From positions 864,001 to 928,000 of the forward strand of contig OZ241744.1 in assembly GCA_965200965.1 (NCBI GenBank): a DNA stretch of 64,000 bases, written 5' to 3'. Positions 1 through 9,812 of the stretch are shown piece by piece. Numbering within the stretch: position 1 is the first letter of the stretch; every line of letters begins with the position of its first letter. The stretch comes from an uncultured Candidatus Binatia bacterium. GTDB lineage: Bacteria > Desulfobacterota > Binatia > Bin18. The position numbers and the translations under genes were made by a program. Under the pieces are notes generated by a model that saw nothing but the letters and a program-made list of their open reading frames with translations, made no database searches and was not told the origin of the DNA.

Positions 1-430
1 TGGTCGGCCCGTAGGCCGAGTTTTCGTTTGACGACCCCATACCAAACTCATCGCAGTTGACTTTCCCAATAATGACAGCGCCGGCGTCTTTGAGTTGGCG
101 GGTCACGCTGGCGTCGTAGGGCGGTATGAAGTGCTCAAGGATTTTTGAGCCGGCTGTCGACCGCAAGCCTTTGGTCAGAATACTATCTTTGATCGCAATC
201 GGAATGCCGCACAGCGGGGGAGGGGGCTGCGGGCCGGCCAAGCTACGGTCTGCCGCCTCAGCCTGGGCTAGGGCCTGCATTTCGTCAACCGTGATATACG
301 AGTGGAGCGTCCCGTCGGTAGCCCGAATCCGTTCAAGAATGGCTCGGGTGAGTTCTTGTGCGCTGAGTTCACGCGAGTGCAATAGCGCGCGTGCTTGATG
401 TATGGTCAGGCGAGAGAGGTTCATGGCCAT
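1..430 (-). CDS. gatA: Asp/Glu-tRNA amidotransferase subunit A (5' part; runs off window)
   Basis: Manual translation from ATG at 430: [12 protein letters not shown]...[16 protein letters not shown]...[22 protein letters not shown]; amidase-signature N-terminus; start overlaps the gatC stop. Confidence 0.93.
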   Translation of the reverse strand, partial: MAMNLSRLTIHQARALLHSRELSAQELTRAILERIRATDGTLHSYITVDEMQALAQAEAADRSLAGPQPPPPLCGIPIAIKDSILTKGLRSTAGSKILEHFIPPYDASVTRQLKDAGAVIIGKVNCDEFGMGSSNENSAYGPT

Positions 431-768
431 TATTCAATGATCTTGGGTACTTTCAAAAAGTCGGCCTGTCGTTGTGGCGCGTTTTGGAGCATTGCGTTGG
501 CATCGGCTCGGGTGGCGACTTGGTCGTCGCGCAGGCGGCCTGCTAAGGTGGGGAATCCTCTCTTTCCGGTAGAACGGTCAGGATCACCTGTCTTCACATC
601 AACCGCATGGGCCAAAGGCTCAACCCTGTCCGTATCAAGCTCACTCAGCTTGTCCATGTAGGCCAAGATTGTGTCGAAGTGGGCTACTAGTTCGTCCGTC
701 TCTGCATCGCTGAGTTCCAGGCGGGCCAAAAGGGCTACCCGCTGGACTTCTTGTCGGTTCACCCGCAT
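430..768 (-). CDS. gatC: Asp/Glu-tRNA amidotransferase subunit C, with about 17-aa insertion
   Basis: VALLARLEL...[11 protein letters not shown]...LRDD...NAP...FLKVPKIIE; directly upstream of gatA. Confidence 0.93.
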   Translation of the reverse strand: MRVNRQEVQRVALLARLELSDAETDELVAHFDTILAYMDKLSELDTDRVEPLAHAVDVKTGDPDRSTGKRGFPTLAGRLRDDQVATRADANAMLQNAPQRQADFLKVPKIIE

Positions 769-830
769 GGTCTGAACATCCTAAAAGAAAGGCATTGATC
801 CGACTAGGGGCTCTCGGTTACTCTTTGACT

Positions 831-1214
831 ATGGCGGACGATCGAGGGCACTTAGGCCAGTCTGGGGAGGCGGAGGCCGAGCGATTCTTACGGGCAAAAG
901 GCTATATCATTATGGCCAAAAACTACCGCTCTCGGCTGGGTGAGATTGACTTGGTGGCTCTGCATCAGCACACGGTGGTCTTTGTTGAGGTCCGTAGCCT
1001 GAGCGGACCTGAGTTCGGTGACCCGCTGGCAACAGTGACGCTGCGCAAGCAGTGCCACATTGCCAAAACTGCCCTGGCCTATCTCAGTCGTTACCAGTTG
1101 CACGACCGGGCGGCTCGTTTTGATGTTATTGGCATTCAGTGGCACAATGATGCGAAGCGGCCGCTTCGCATCAGCCATATTCAAGACGCTTTTGAGTTGC
1201 CAGCCGCTCTCTAG
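831..1214 (+). CDS. yraN: YraN/UPF0102 family putative endonuclease
   Basis: GE..AERFL..KGY.I..NYR...GEIDLVA...VFVEV...RFDVI motifs. Confidence 0.9.
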   Translation: MADDRGHLGQSGEAEAERFLRAKGYIIMAKNYRSRLGEIDLVALHQHTVVFVEVRSLSGPEFGDPLATVTLRKQCHIAKTALAYLSRYQLHDRAARFDVIGIQWHNDAKRPLRISHIQDAFELPAAL

Positions 1215-1222
1215 AGGTTCCC

Positions 1223-2503
1223 GTGCTGGATATAAAAATCGTCCGTGAGCAGCCCGAGTTTGTCAAACAGGAACTCAGCAAAGTTGATTTCCCGGCCGAA
1301 GATATTGATGCCCTGTTGGAGTGTGACCGCCGCCGGCGTACGGTCATCCAGGAAACCGAGTCGCTGCGCGCCCATCGCACCAGCCGTTCAAAAGAGCTCC
1401 GCTACCTCATTGACCCCCAGGGGCACCAACAGGCTATTGACGAAATGCGGGTGGTCGGCGACCGAATCGGTCAGCTCGAAAAAGAGCTCAACAGCCTTGA
1501 GAACGAGTTTCAGCAGCGTTTGCTGTTGATCCCGAACTTGCCGCATCCAGATGTTCCGGTCGGCAGAGACGAGCACGACAACCGCATCACGCGGCTGGTT
1601 GGCGAACAACGTGAGTTTGCTTTTCCGCCCAAGCCGCACTGGGAGTTGGCCGAGCAGCTGGGGATTATCGATTTTGTGCGCGGGGTCAAAATTTCCGGGA
1701 CCCGTTTCCATGTCCTCAAGGGGCTTGGTGCCCGTCTCCAGCGCGCTCTGATCAGTTGGATGCTAGACCTGCACATCACTGAACACGGTTATACCGAGGT
1801 GTATCCACCGGTCATGGTCAAGGAGCAGTGTCTGGTCGGGACCGGCAATCTGCCCAGATTCGGCGACAACCTGTATCGGGATCTTGAAGAAGACTTCTGG
1901 TTTATCCCCACGGCCGAGGTGCCGGTGACTAATCTGTACCGTGACGAGTTGCTTGAGGCCGAGCAGTTGCCCATCTGCCATGTGGCCTACACTCCGTGTT
2001 TTCGGCGAGAAAAAATGTCGGCCGGCCGCGATGTGCGCGGGATCAAACGGGGTCATCAGTTTGATAAGGTCGAAATGGTCAAGTTTGTCCGACCCGAGAC
2101 CTCGGACGCCGAACTTACCAGCCTACTTGATAATGCCGAGGATGTCTGCCGCGGGCTCGGCATCCCCCACCGGGTAGTTCAGGTGTGTACCGGTGACCTG
2201 AGCTTTGTGGCCGCCATGAAGTACGATGTGGAAATGTGGGCCCCGGGCTGCTACGAGTGGCTGGAGGTCAGTTCGTGCTCGAACTTCCGGGATTTTCAGG
2301 CCCGTCGGGCCAAGATTCGCTATCGTCCAACCCGCGGAGCCAAACCAGAATTCCTGCATACTTTAAACGGTTCCGGTTTGGCCCTGCCACGCGTACTTAT
2401 TGCTGTGCTGGAGAATTACCAACAGGCGGACGGTAGTGTCGAGATTCCGGCTGTCTTACGGCCCTATATGGTTGGAATAGAGCGGATCGGTCCGCCGACC
2501 TGA
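1223..2503 (+). CDS. serS: Seryl-tRNA synthetase
   Basis: MLDIK start, coiled-coil arm, PTAEVP, CFRRE, HQFDKVE, EVSSCSN, HTLNGSGLA. Confidence 0.98.
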   Translation: MLDIKIVREQPEFVKQELSKVDFPAEDIDALLECDRRRRTVIQETESLRAHRTSRSKELRYLIDPQGHQQAIDEMRVVGDRIGQLEKELNSLENEFQQRLLLIPNLPHPDVPVGRDEHDNRITRLVGEQREFAFPPKPHWELAEQLGIIDFVRGVKISGTRFHVLKGLGARLQRALISWMLDLHITEHGYTEVYPPVMVKEQCLVGTGNLPRFGDNLYRDLEEDFWFIPTAEVPVTNLYRDELLEAEQLPICHVAYTPCFRREKMSAGRDVRGIKRGHQFDKVEMVKFVRPETSDAELTSLLDNAEDVCRGLGIPHRVVQVCTGDLSFVAAMKYDVEMWAPGCYEWLEVSSCSNFRDFQARRAKIRYRPTRGAKPEFLHTLNGSGLALPRVLIAVLENYQQADGSVEIPAVLRPYMVGIERIGPPT

Positions 2504-2651
2504 AGCGACGCTAGGGGCGGTGGACCCAGGCGAGATTAGAGGAGCAAATTTGTCGTATAACGCTGTCTAATCCCGACTTTTGTCCGCTGACTCAGGGGGC
2601 TTGACGGGTCGAGAAGGGGCAGATACTTAGTCGGCCAGACATGGCGGAATT

Positions 2652-3008
2652 GTGGTACCCGGAGCGGAAAAAGAAGAGTCTGGCCAGGACCTTGAAGACA
2701 AGATTGAGCGCCTGACCAAAGAACTCTCCAGCCTCATCAATGAAGCTGGAACACAGAGGCGAGAAGAACTGCGTGAATATGCGGTCAGCCTGATCCAGAC
2801 AGAGACGGCCCTAGTTGAAGAGCCGGCCGAGCGGGAGGTAAGCAAACAGGAGTTGGCCTTTAACCCTTTAGCTCTGAGTATTCCCTTTGTCCTGATTGGC
2901 ATCCTTCTGCTCCTCCTCTTTCCTCCAGTTGGGGCAGTCATGCTCCTGTTTGCGGCGGTGATGGCGGTCGGCGGAGGGCTCTATACGCTGCTGTTTCATC
3001 GCAAATAG
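2652..3008 (+). CDS. Hypothetical membrane protein (N-terminal coiled coil, 2 C-terminal TM helices), first gene of the Rieske operon
   Basis: 118-aa ORF, hydrophobic C-terminus, co-oriented with the Rieske gene 17 bp downstream. Confidence 0.65.
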   Translation: MVPGAEKEESGQDLEDKIERLTKELSSLINEAGTQRREELREYAVSLIQTETALVEEPAEREVSKQELAFNPLALSIPFVLIGILLLLLFPPVGAVMLLFAAVMAVGGGLYTLLFHRK

Positions 3009-3025
3009 ACATCACTCAGGAGGAA

Positions 3026-3637
3026 ATGTGTGATATGGCCAGAAAACCCATCTCACAAGAAGAACAACAGGAAATCGAAGCCCGGCGACGCATTGAACAG
3101 GTTGCCGAACGCAAAAAACGGGTCTCTGAGCGGTCTGAGCGTCCTGGTCTCTGGTCGCGGCGTGACTTTTTTGGTCGGCTCAGTTGGGGCGGCTTTGGTC
3201 TGGTGTCTCTGGTGAGTCTGCTGGCCTTTGTACGGTCGGCTTTTCCCCGCGTGCTCTTCCTGCCCCCTTCAAAATTCAAAGCTGGTTTTCCGGGTGACTA
3301 TCCAGTAGGCGAAGTGAGCGAAAAATATACCCAAGAATTTCGGGTGTGGATCGTCCGTGAACCCGTAGGACTGTACGCGATCTTTGCCAAATGCACCCAT
3401 CTCGGCTGCACTCCACGCTGGTCGGGATCTGAGAACAAGTACAAGTGCCCCTGCCATGGGAGTGGCTATTACAAGACTGGCTATAATTTCGAAGGGCCTG
3501 CGCCCCGTCCCATGGATCGCTTCCAGCTCTCGCTGGATGAGGAAGGGCAGTTAGAGGTGGATATGAGCAAGGTGTTCACCATGCAGCCCGGGGTTGATCC
3601 CAACAAGCAACATCCGGACAGTATTCTCAGGATCTAA
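3026..3637 (+). CDS. Rieske [2Fe-2S] subunit of a Rieske/cytochrome b complex
   Basis: Tat-like SRRDFF plus TM helix; CTHLGC and CPCHGS boxes; GPAPRPM. Confidence 0.95.
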   Translation: MCDMARKPISQEEQQEIEARRRIEQVAERKKRVSERSERPGLWSRRDFFGRLSWGGFGLVSLVSLLAFVRSAFPRVLFLPPSKFKAGFPGDYPVGEVSEKYTQEFRVWIVREPVGLYAIFAKCTHLGCTPRWSGSENKYKCPCHGSGYYKTGYNFEGPAPRPMDRFQLSLDEEGQLEVDMSKVFTMQPGVDPNKQHPDSILRI

Positions 3638-3659
3638 CCAATACAGAGGAAGAGACTTT

Positions 3660-4430
3660 ATGAGTCAGTGGGACGAACTCAAACGCCAGGTGATGGAATC
3701 GCAGGCGTGGCAGTCCATCTTTCGTCACGGCTACGAGGACACGCCGCGGAACCGGATCCTGATGGTGTCGGGTAATGTGTGGCTTCATCTCCATCCGTCT
3801 AAAGTCCGTAAGCATTCGACCCGTTTACGCTTCACTTGGTGTATGGGCGGTATTACCTTCCTCATGTTTCTAGTGACGACTATAACCGGGATATATCTTA
3901 TGTTTTACTACCGGCCGGTCGCCGAATACGCCTACGCGGATATCAAATATCTCGAGTTTGATATGCCGTTCGGTATGTTGATGCGCAACATGCACCGCTG
4001 GGCGGCGCACGGCATGGTCATTGCCGTATGGCTCCATATGTTCCGCGTCTTTATGACCGGCTCCTATAAACCGCCGCGCGAGTTTAACTGGGTAGTCGGG
4101 GTCATTCTGCTGGTGCTGACCCTTTTACTGTCCTTCACCGGTTACCTGTTGCCCTGGGACCAGCTGTCGATTTGGGCGGTGTCGGTTGGATCGAACATGG
4201 GCCGTGCCACACCTCTGTTGGGCCACGAAGGGCCGGGCCGCGAGTTGTTAGGGGTCAACGCGGTCTACGACGCCCGGGCTTTTCTGTTTGGCGGTGGAGA
4301 AATTGGGGCGCACACCCTGCTGCGCTTCTACATCCTGCATTGTATTTTTATCCCCTTGGTCACCAGTTTGTTCCTGGCAGTTCATTTTTGGCGGATTCGT
4401 CGGGATGGGTTCTCTGGTCCTCCATTGTAG
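3660..4430 (+). CDS. Cytochrome b6-type (split cytochrome b, N-terminal subunit)
   Basis: WCMGG (heme ci Cys position), RNMHRW..H, FTGYLLPWDQ, RFYILH..H; ends after helix D. Confidence 0.95.
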   Translation: MSQWDELKRQVMESQAWQSIFRHGYEDTPRNRILMVSGNVWLHLHPSKVRKHSTRLRFTWCMGGITFLMFLVTTITGIYLMFYYRPVAEYAYADIKYLEFDMPFGMLMRNMHRWAAHGMVIAVWLHMFRVFMTGSYKPPREFNWVVGVILLVLTLLLSFTGYLLPWDQLSIWAVSVGSNMGRATPLLGHEGPGRELLGVNAVYDARAFLFGGGEIGAHTLLRFYILHCIFIPLVTSLFLAVHFWRIRRDGFSGPPL

Positions 4431-4442
4431 AAGGAGTCTGTT

Positions 4443-4532
4443 ATGCATGTGCTTGTTGTGCCAATCCTTATGGTCCTGGTGTTGTGGGGGCTGTACCTGA
4501 TTGCCAAGCCCTCCGTCCACAAGGATTCCTAA
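4443..4532 (+). CDS. 29-aa single-TM peptide within the cytochrome b operon
   Basis: SD AAGGAG upstream; MHVLVVPILMVLVLWGLYLIAKPSVHKDS*; fills the gap between cyt b6 and subunit IV. Confidence 0.65.
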   Translation: MHVLVVPILMVLVLWGLYLIAKPSVHKDS

Positions 4533-4550
4533 ACCGCTGTGGAGAGATGT

Positions 4551-5351
4551 ATGGCTGAAATAAACGCTCCAATGCCACGACGGGTTGAGGCCTCGCTTAA
4601 AAAAGCGGGCAAGCCCGGGGATGACAAAGTCCACACTTGGCCATTTCTGGTACGCAGTGAGTTTCTATGCACAATCCTTGTCCTGGTCTTTCTGCTCTTC
4701 TGGTCCTTGTTAGTGGACGCTCCGCTGGAAGAGCCGGCCAACCCGGGGCGCACACCCAACCCCTCAAAAGCTCCCTGGTACTTCCTGGGCTTACAGGAAA
4801 TTCTAGTGTTTTTTGACCCCTGGCACGCCGGCGTAGTTGCCCCGACCTTTATCATTGTCGGCCTGATGGTCATTCCCTATATCGACATCAACACCAAAGG
4901 GAACGGCTACTATACATTCAAAGAGCGCAAGTATGAGATCCTGACGTTTCTGTTTGGCTTTCAGGTCCTGTGGGTGTCAACGGTCATTATTGGGACCTTT
5001 CTGCGCGGCCCGGGCTGGAACTGGTTTTGGCCCTGGGAGCCGTGGGATTCCCATAAGGTTGAAGCCATGACGAACCAGGATCTGCCTTACTTGGTCGGGT
5101 TTCGCGACTACTGGACCTCGGCCGCCTTTGGCGGCGGGCTGGTTGTGCTGTACTTTGTTATGGGGATCATCCTGATGTACTGGTGGGTGGTATGGATCAA
5201 GGGCCGGGAGTTCATGCGACGCTGGGGGATGGCGCGTTTTGGACTCACTGCATTTCTGTTTCTGAATATGCTTGCTATTGTGGTCAAGATGGTGATGCGG
5301 AGTACTTTTAACATCAAATATATTATGGTGACGCCGTGGCTGAATATATGA
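4551..5351 (+). CDS. Cytochrome b C-terminal/subunit IV-like protein with extra TM helices
   Basis: PLEEPANP..TPNPSKAPWYFLGLQE (PEWY-equivalent), IPYID. Confidence 0.9.
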   Translation: MAEINAPMPRRVEASLKKAGKPGDDKVHTWPFLVRSEFLCTILVLVFLLFWSLLVDAPLEEPANPGRTPNPSKAPWYFLGLQEILVFFDPWHAGVVAPTFIIVGLMVIPYIDINTKGNGYYTFKERKYEILTFLFGFQVLWVSTVIIGTFLRGPGWNWFWPWEPWDSHKVEAMTNQDLPYLVGFRDYWTSAAFGGGLVVLYFVMGIILMYWWVVWIKGREFMRRWGMARFGLTAFLFLNMLAIVVKMVMRSTFNIKYIMVTPWLNI

Positions 5352-5370
5352 GGCTCGGTCGGTGTTGGGT

Positions 5371-5532
5371 GTGGCGAGATTTTTACAGGCCTTGGCGCTG
5401 GCTGTTGTGGGCTACGCGCTGATGGTCGGCCTGACCGAAGCTAACAGCATGGGCAAGGAATTATACCTCCTTGGGTTCGGCGTTGTAGTGTTTTACCTTG
5501 GCCGTCTGCTTGAACAGCGGGTATGCTCCTGA
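5371..5532 (+). CDS. 53-aa two-TM small protein
   Basis: GTG start: MARFLQALALAVVGYALMVGLTEANSMGKELYLLGFGVVVFYLGRLLEQRVCS*; fills the gap before the multiheme gene. Confidence 0.6.
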   Translation: MARFLQALALAVVGYALMVGLTEANSMGKELYLLGFGVVVFYLGRLLEQRVCS

Positions 5533-5541
5533 GTTGGATGT

Positions 5542-8304
5542 ATGGCACGCAGAGAGCTCGACGACGAGAAAAAATCGTATAGCGGACTGTTCCTCTTCTG
5601 TATTGGACTGTTACTGATGGGGACGGTCTGGTCGGTCTGGGATGACTCCGTATCGCGTCGTCCGTGGAAAAGATATCAAGCTGAGTTCGCCCGTATTTCG
5701 TACGATACGCTCACTGCAGACCTTCAGCGCGAGGAGGAACGGCTGGCCAATGATCCGGCCTATCAAGAGGCGCTGACTAAATTTGCCGAAGCCCAAGATC
5801 AGATCAGCGGCGGCGAGGGTGCCGAGCGCCTAGCCCAGTTGCAGGCTGAGTTGGCGGTTGCCGAAGTAGCAGCTAGCGAGGCCGAAAACGCCCTGCGCTT
5901 AGTCCGCAGCGAGATTGAGGTGGCCTGGTATGAGTATGATCATGCCATTATTACAGACCATTCGATCCGCGAACCCAAGGAGCACCTTAATGCGCTGCTA
6001 GCCGAAGCTGAGGTCTTGGATACAGACTTCAAAGCCAAAACCGCACACCGCGACCAACTCCAGAACGAAATTGATGAAATAAACCTGAGTGTGCGGGAGT
6101 GGGACGATACACTCAGGCGGCTGACTTCTGACCGTGAGCGCTTAAAGCAGCGACTGGATGATACTGTCCTGTTTGCCTCTGATGGTTTCATCATTCCCTA
6201 TTTCCCGGCTATTAATCAGATTGTCTTGCCCGAGTTTGATCGGAGCAATTTTGATACCCCTTTGCAGCGTGTTGACCGCTGTACTTCGTGTCACATTGGG
6301 ATTAACCGCAGCGGCTTTGAGGATCAGCCCAATCCGTATAAAACCCACCCCCACCGTCGGACCTTGCTGGGCAGTCATGTCGGATGCACGCCGTGTCATG
6401 AGGGGCAAGGAGTGGCAACCAACAGCATCGCCCAGGCCCACGGCAATGTCCAATTCTGGGAACACCCGTTGCTTGAGGGCGAGAAGGTAGAGGCCAACTG
6501 CATTAAATGTCACGCCGATGTACAGGATATTGAATTTGCCGACAATATCGCCCGGGGTGAAAAACTGTTCATGCAAGTCGGTTGCACCGGCTGTCACTTG
6601 GTTGAAGGTTATGGTGACGCCCGGAAGATTGGCCCCTACCTGAGACGGGTTGCGGCAAAAGCCGATCCGTCCTGGCTCGTTGAGTGGGTGACCAACCCGC
6701 ACCAATTCCGTCCCCAGACCCGTATGCCGCAGTTCTTTTTTACCCAGGAGCAGGGCAAAGCCATTGCCGCCTATCTCCTCAATGCGAGTCAAGAAGAGGG
6801 TCAGGCTTGGCTGGATGCGCGGCCCGCGCCAGAGGGCATTGATCCGACCGACACCGCCCTGGTCGAAAGAGGCAGAGCGCTGGCCAATTCGGTCGGCTGC
6901 CGGGGCTGTCACATGTTGGAAGAGGGGCAAACTGCGACCCTGGTCGGCTCGGCCAAGACATATGCGCCGCTGCTGGCACGGATTGCTGAAAAGACCAGCT
7001 CGCGCTGGTTGTATTACTGGATTAAGAACCCCCGCGACTACTCGTCGCATACGGCCATGCCAAGTCTGCGTCTGACCGATGATGAGGCTAAAGCAATCGT
7101 CTCGTACCTGATGACGCTGGGAGAAAAACCGGCCGCCTTTGCCTCCCGGCCCGACTTGGACGATGCCGAGTTGATCAACCACGGCCAGGGATTAGTCCGC
7201 CAGCACGGCTGTCACGGCTGTCATGAGATTCCGGGTATGGAAAGAGAGGGCCGGATTGGCGTAGAGCTGTCCGCGTTTGGCTCCAAGACGCTTGAAGAGC
7301 TATACTTTGGGAACCGGACCGACATCCCGCATACCTGGGACGGCTGGACCTATTACAAGATCAAAGAGCCGCGTGGCTATGCAACCGAGCGGATTGAGCA
7401 GCTCATGCCGTGGTTCAATCTACCGGATGAAGACATCCGTCTGCTTCGGGTCTTTCTGACTAGTCGGACCGAAGGAGAATTCAGCGAAGCCTACCATGCC
7501 CTCAGCAAATGGACTCCCGCGTTGGTTGAGGGTCAGCGCATGGTCCACTACTACAACTGCACCGGCTGCCATGTAATAGAGGACAAGGGGGGAGACATTC
7601 GAGTGCTGTACCAAGAGAGTCCGACGCTTGCCCCGCCCATCCTGAAGGGACAAGGCGAGAAGGTTCAACCCGAATGGTTGTACGAATTCCTGAAAGGACC
7701 GACCCCGATCCGACCCTGGCTTGAGGTTCGTATGCCAAGCTTCCACTTCAGCGATACCGATGCCCGGACCGTGGTTGATTACTTTATCGCCCAAGCCAAG
7801 CTCGAAAATCCGTACACCTATCTTAATCCGGCTGAACTGCCACCCCACATGGTCCAGGCCGGCGAGATCCTCATGTCCGATGACTACTTCGCCTGCTTCT
7901 CGTGCCATCAGCAGGGCGACAAAAAACCAGAGGGGCCTCCTGAAGGCTGGGCACCCGATTTGGAACTGGCTAAAGATCGTCTGAATCCAGAGTGGGTCGT
8001 CAAATGGATTGCAGATCCTCAAACACTGATGCCGGGAACGCGTATGCCCAGCTTTTATCCAGGCGGCCCGGATGATATTCTGGATGCCGATGAGCCCAAA
8101 CAGATGGAAGCCATGCGGGACTATATTTGGACTCTGGGCCTGCCTCAGGTAGCGAAACTGGCAGATCCTGACTCGGCCGCGCCCGCTGAGGAACCGGCTG
8201 AGAGCACAGGACCTGCTCCAGAAACGACTGTGCCGTCTGGGGAATCGGTCCAGACTGATAAGCAGTATGTGGCTCCCGCCGTCCAGCGGACGGATCGAGG
8301 ATGA
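5542..8304 (+). CDS. Membrane-anchored octaheme cytochrome c with long coiled-coil stalk
   Basis: N-terminal TM, about 170-aa coiled coil, 8 CxxCH (CTSCH, CTPCH, CIKCH, CTGCH, CRGCH, CHGCH, CTGCH, CFSCH), repeated P...MP distal-Met motifs. Confidence 0.93.
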   Translation: MARRELDDEKKSYSGLFLFCIGLLLMGTVWSVWDDSVSRRPWKRYQAEFARISYDTLTADLQREEERLANDPAYQEALTKFAEAQDQISGGEGAERLAQLQAELAVAEVAASEAENALRLVRSEIEVAWYEYDHAIITDHSIREPKEHLNALLAEAEVLDTDFKAKTAHRDQLQNEIDEINLSVREWDDTLRRLTSDRERLKQRLDDTVLFASDGFIIPYFPAINQIVLPEFDRSNFDTPLQRVDRCTSCHIGINRSGFEDQPNPYKTHPHRRTLLGSHVGCTPCHEGQGVATNSIAQAHGNVQFWEHPLLEGEKVEANCIKCHADVQDIEFADNIARGEKLFMQVGCTGCHLVEGYGDARKIGPYLRRVAAKADPSWLVEWVTNPHQFRPQTRMPQFFFTQEQGKAIAAYLLNASQEEGQAWLDARPAPEGIDPTDTALVERGRALANSVGCRGCHMLEEGQTATLVGSAKTYAPLLARIAEKTSSRWLYYWIKNPRDYSSHTAMPSLRLTDDEAKAIVSYLMTLGEKPAAFASRPDLDDAELINHGQGLVRQHGCHGCHEIPGMEREGRIGVELSAFGSKTLEELYFGNRTDIPHTWDGWTYYKIKEPRGYATERIEQLMPWFNLPDEDIRLLRVFLTSRTEGEFSEAYHALSKWTPALVEGQRMVHYYNCTGCHVIEDKGGDIRVLYQESPTLAPPILKGQGEKVQPEWLYEFLKGPTPIRPWLEVRMPSFHFSDTDARTVVDYFIAQAKLENPYTYLNPAELPPHMVQAGEILMSDDYFACFSCHQQGDKKPEGPPEGWAPDLELAKDRLNPEWVVKWIADPQTLMPGTRMPSFYPGGPDDILDADEPKQMEAMRDYIWTLGLPQVAKLADPDSAAPAEEPAESTGPAPETTVPSGESVQTDKQYVAPAVQRTDRG

Positions 8305-8331
8305 GAACGCAACACTGGAGAAGGAGGAGAT

Positions 8332-9051
8332 ATGTGCAGTTGTAGACACCTGGTTCTGGTTGTCCTGGGTATTCCTGTTCTGGCCCTTTCAAGTGCTTGG
8401 GGCTATGAGGACGGAGTTGTGAGTAACGGGGGAAAGATTGTCGGAACCGTAAAGTTTGTCGGTGAGGCCCCGGCTATGGTCAAGATTGAGACGACCAAAG
8501 ATGTAGAGGTGTGCGGCAAAACCGAGAAGTTTGACGAGGCGCTTGTTGTCGGCGATGGGAACGGGCTGAAGAATGTCGTCGTGTCCATTGTCAACATTGA
8601 AAAGGGCAAGGCCCAGGCTGCCGAGGGGGGCACTCTTGACCAGAAGGAATGTGTGTACCGCCCGCGTGTCATCCTCTCGCCAGCCGGGGCTGAGTTGAAT
8701 ATCTTGAACAACGACGGGATTTTGCACAATATCCACACCTACAGCGAAGCCAACCCCCCAATCAACAAAGCCCAGCCCAAGTTCCGCAGGAAGATGACGC
8801 AGAAATTCGACAAAGCCGAAACGGTTCGGGTTGAGTGCGATGCGCATAGTTGGATGAAGGGTTGGCTGGTTGTGACCGACCATCCGTACTATGCTGTCAC
8901 TGACGCTAGTGGGATGTTTGAGCTGGCAGAGGTGCCGGCCGGTTCGTATATCCTGAGATTCTGGCATGAAACGCTAGGTGAAATGACGCAGGATGTGACA
9001 GTCGAGGCTGGTCAATTGGTCTCGCTCACAGTTGAAATGGTCCAGAACTGA
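8332..9051 (+). CDS. Secreted cupredoxin-like / carboxypeptidase-regulatory-like domain protein
   Basis: Signal peptide; LDQKECVY.P, HNIH, CDAHSWM (possible Cu ligands), C-terminal WHE.LG beta-sandwich. Confidence 0.75.
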   Translation: MCSCRHLVLVVLGIPVLALSSAWGYEDGVVSNGGKIVGTVKFVGEAPAMVKIETTKDVEVCGKTEKFDEALVVGDGNGLKNVVVSIVNIEKGKAQAAEGGTLDQKECVYRPRVILSPAGAELNILNNDGILHNIHTYSEANPPINKAQPKFRRKMTQKFDKAETVRVECDAHSWMKGWLVVTDHPYYAVTDASGMFELAEVPAGSYILRFWHETLGEMTQDVTVEAGQLVSLTVEMVQN

Positions 9052-9073
9052 TTTTTCCAGGACTGTTTTCAGA

Positions 9074-9090
9074 AGAGGCTTCCAGCCTCT
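9074..9090 (+). terminator. Short hairpin after the cytochrome operon
   Basis: AGAGGCT-TCC-AGCCTCT; weak U-tail. Confidence 0.35.
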
Positions 9091-9097
9091 CCTTCAT

Positions 9098-9133
9098 AAA
9101 ACCATTTATTGACTATAGTCAATAAATGGTTTT
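9098..9133. promoter_or_regulatory. Perfect 36-bp palindrome with TGACTATAGTCA core (copy 1)
   Basis: AAAACCATTTATTGACTATAGTCAATAAATGGTTTT is its own reverse complement. Confidence 0.75.
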
Positions 9134-9197
9134 CCAAAAAACGCTTTTCTGGTTAGGTATTGTCTCGTTATGTCCTGATATTTTGTCTCCAAAGGAC

Positions 9198-9753
9198 CTA
9201 AAAATGAAATGCAATGACGATGCGATGGATGAGATACGAATCGGAATTTTCAGCGTTGGAGAAGGGAGGAATTGTGATCAAAAGTATTATAGTGTCGCGG
9301 ACACTTTGATATCGCCTTCGACATCTGTCCCCCCAAGTGTGGGCAGGCTCTGCCGACAGAACCGGACTACCTGAACGTTCCAGGTGCTGATACAGACCCT
9401 CGGCCTGCTTCCATATCCGGTATATCTCGTTGCAGACGTTGGTCTTGGCCGTGGTCTTGCTCTTTCTTGCCGGGGCTTTTTTCCGTGTCGGCTTCGTCTT
9501 TTCCCCCCACTTGGCATCCCACTCGGCCTGCGCTTCTTTCGCTTCCTTCGCCCACCTAGCGTTTGCCTCCTCTTGCGCCCGCTTCGCCTTCGATGAGTTC
9601 ATACACCGACTCGACTTCCTGCTCGTGAGGAACCTCTTGCTTCTACCGTAAATCTGCAAGCTCCGGGCTGATTTCGTATGTGAGCGGTGGTTTCTGAACC
9701 GCGCATCCTGCCACCACCAACGCCAGGGCTAGGGGTAAGAGGGTTTTCTTCAT
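9198..9753 (-). pseudogene. Degraded lipoprotein gene
   Basis: MKKTLLPLALALVVAGC lipobox ORF stops after 36 aa; a Lys/Glu-rich helical ORF continues in another frame. Confidence 0.45.
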
Positions 9754-9812
9754 TCCCGTTCCTTCTTGCTGAACCCGGCCGTGCTGGGCAGAGCCGGGGC
9801 TATCCGTTGGGG

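Noticed and set aside
9355-9381. Similarity (ERSGSPV in shadow frames) to the gatC insertion
   Set aside because: Only about 15/23 nt identity; compatible with chance.
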